Shown: one piece after another, positions 62,215 through 64,000 of the stretch
Layout: every line of letters begins with the position of its first letter
Position numbering within the stretch: the stretch's first letter is position 1
Source: Protoeuglena noctilucae
Taxonomy: Eukaryota
Reading direction: 5' to 3'
Assembly (NCBI GenBank): GCA_958009085.1
Contig: OY253686.1
Location: 186,001-250,000 of the forward strand
Length of the DNA stretch: 64,000 nt
Translations under genes and position numbers: made by a program
The notes under the pieces: model-generated
The model's database searches: none
The model's input: only the letters and a program-made list of their open reading frames with translations
Told to the model about the DNA's origin: nothing

Positions 62215-64000
62215 CTCGCACCGGTTGGTGCGCGCGGAGTACAAGGCCCCCCATGCGCCGGAGGATGTGCATGTGAAGAAGACCTGGAAGGATTACGGCT
62301 GGCGTGATCCCCACTGGGAGAAGTTTGGCGGGGCAAGCGCGTGGTCCGTGGAGACCGAGACGTTCCACACCTACAAGTGAGCTCTTTATTCGAGTGGTTG
62401 CAGCGGTATATCTTGAGGTCCTGTGCTGTACTGTTGTCGAGTTGCACACAGCGCGTCCTGCGGCCGCCTTACAGGGCCCCATTGTGTGCGAGCAACCCAG
62501 CGAGCGAGCACATGCAGACGGCCGTGCGTCGCACCCCCGCAGGCACCCGAGCGAGATCATCCAGCACGAGCTGATCGAGTCGCTTCTGGAAAGTACAAAG
62601 GACGCGGCGAAGGACCACGCGCGCGTCCGCGAGATCCTGCACAACGCTCGGTGAACCCTGCGTGTTTCCCGCGCCCGCCGCGCCTCTGCCTCTGCCGCTC
62701 CCGGCCGCTTCAACCTCTCCTGCGCTCTGTTATTCCAGGGAGCGTGCATTCCTCAAGGACTGGCAGCCCATCACGGGCGGCGGGGAGTACGTGCAGGGTC
62801 TTTCTTACGAGGAGATGGCAACACTCCTCAACACCGACCCGGAGGACGAGTCGCTGATGCAGGAGATCTTCGATACCGCGTTTGCGATCAAGGAGCGCAT
62901 CTACGGCAACCGCATCGTGCTCTTCGCGCCCCTGTACCTCGCCAACCACTGCATGAACGACTGCCAATACTGCGCCTTCCGCGTCAAGAACAAGGGCATC
63001 GAGCGGTGAGGCGGCGGGGCGGTAGATACGCGCAGGGGGATGCAACGCGAGTGATGGGAGGCGTGGCAGCTTCGCGGTTATGCGAGAGAGGCAGCTTTTT
63101 ACGCTCCAATGTCGCGGCCACGTTTGCGCCGCCCCACGACCACCACAGCGCCATCTTACCCACCCCACCAGCACCTCACCTTGCCCCCCGCAGTGTGTCG
63201 ATGACGCACGACGAGATCCGCCGCGAGGTCGAGGCCCTGGAGCGCATGGGTCACCGCCGCCTGCTGGTGCTGACGGGGGAGAGCCCCAAGTACACGTTCG
63301 ACACCTTCCTGGGGGCACTCAAGGTCATCAAGGTGAGAGCGGCCGTATAGCAGAAAGCATCAAGTGCCTTTCCCTCACAAGCGCCCCCACTGCCACCCGC
63401 AGTGCCACCCGCAGTGCCCCCCCCCCCCTGCCACCCCCCCTGCCACCCCCACTGTCACCCCCACCCTCCCCATACCTCCCCATTTCCCCAGGACGTGACC
63501 ACGGAGCCCTGCGGCTCCATCCGCCGCATGAACGTCGAGATCCCCGCCCTGTCCGTTTCTGACATGAAGCGCCTCAAGTCCCTCGACTGCGTGGGCACCT
63601 TCACGCTCTTCCAGGAGACTTACCACCGGCCCACCTTCGAGCAGATGCACCTCGCGGGGCCCAAGGTGAGGGGAGAATGAGGGAGGGTGTGGGGTTGTGT
63701 GGGGCTAGGCGTGGCACGCTGTGGTTGAGTGGCTGAGCAGATGAACCTGGCTGGTGCTGACCATGGACAGTGCTCTCCCTCCCTCTCTCACTTCCCATAC
63801 GCAATCTAGTCTCACAATACTCATATCTCTCTCCACCCCACCTGCAGTCCGACTACGACCACCGCGTGCTGACCATGGACCGCGCCTTCCGCGGCGGCAT
63901 CGACGACGTGGGCGTGGGGGTCCTGTTCGGACTCCACGACTACCGGTTCGAGTGCATGGCGCTGCTGATGCACGCCAACCACCTTTTGGAGGAGTACAAG
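62181..64000 (+). CDS. hydG: [FeFe]-hydrogenase maturase HydG (radical SAM); runs off window end, start codon unresolved
   Basis: AWSVETET, IKERIYGNRIVLFAPLYLANHCMNDCQYCAF (CX3CX2C), GHRRLLVLTGE, SIRRMNVEI, LFQETYH, MDRAFRGGIDDVGVGVLFGL. Confidence 0.97.

Noticed and set aside
22044..64000. Functional Fe/O2 cluster of BTS with hydA/hydG
   Set aside because: Separated by about 30 kb of unrelated housekeeping genes.
58626..64000. Bacterial contamination or recent transfer of the hyd genes
   Set aside because: Both genes have spliceosomal introns of the same style as their neighbours, and HydG has the algal-type N-terminal AWSVE segment.

Overview
GC-rich, intron-dense eukaryotic nuclear DNA, most consistent with a flagellated green alga (plastid-type IspF, IFT80, a BRUTUS-type hemerythrin E3 ligase, algal-type HydG). 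One 200-N gap (2032-2231). I reconstructed about 24 spliced genes by hand; exon boundaries are inferred from GT/GC-AG sites and reading frame, not from transcripts. Recognisable genes: SDR, APC11, BRUTUS/HRZ, WDR61/SKI8, IspF, MED31, DTW-domain protein, RNase Z (long form), SlyD-like FKBP, IFT80, bL25, an F-cluster-containing [FeFe]-hydrogenase (hydA) and its maturase hydG. Most striking: hydA (-) and hydG (+) abut head-to-head at a 68-bp imperfect palindrome (62147-62214) that encodes near-identical transit-peptide-like sequence in both genes, with no intergenic space and no in-frame ATG in either exon. Other notable items: a His-rich insert in HydA; a spliced, RT-less LINE-like endonuclease + CCHC gene between duplicated host fragments; repeated copies of exon ends ('echoes') inside neighbouring introns; many GC-AG introns; a stand-alone myosin-VIII-tail-like protein; a Cys-type selenoprotein-S-like protein; and an F-box/XPA-like protein.
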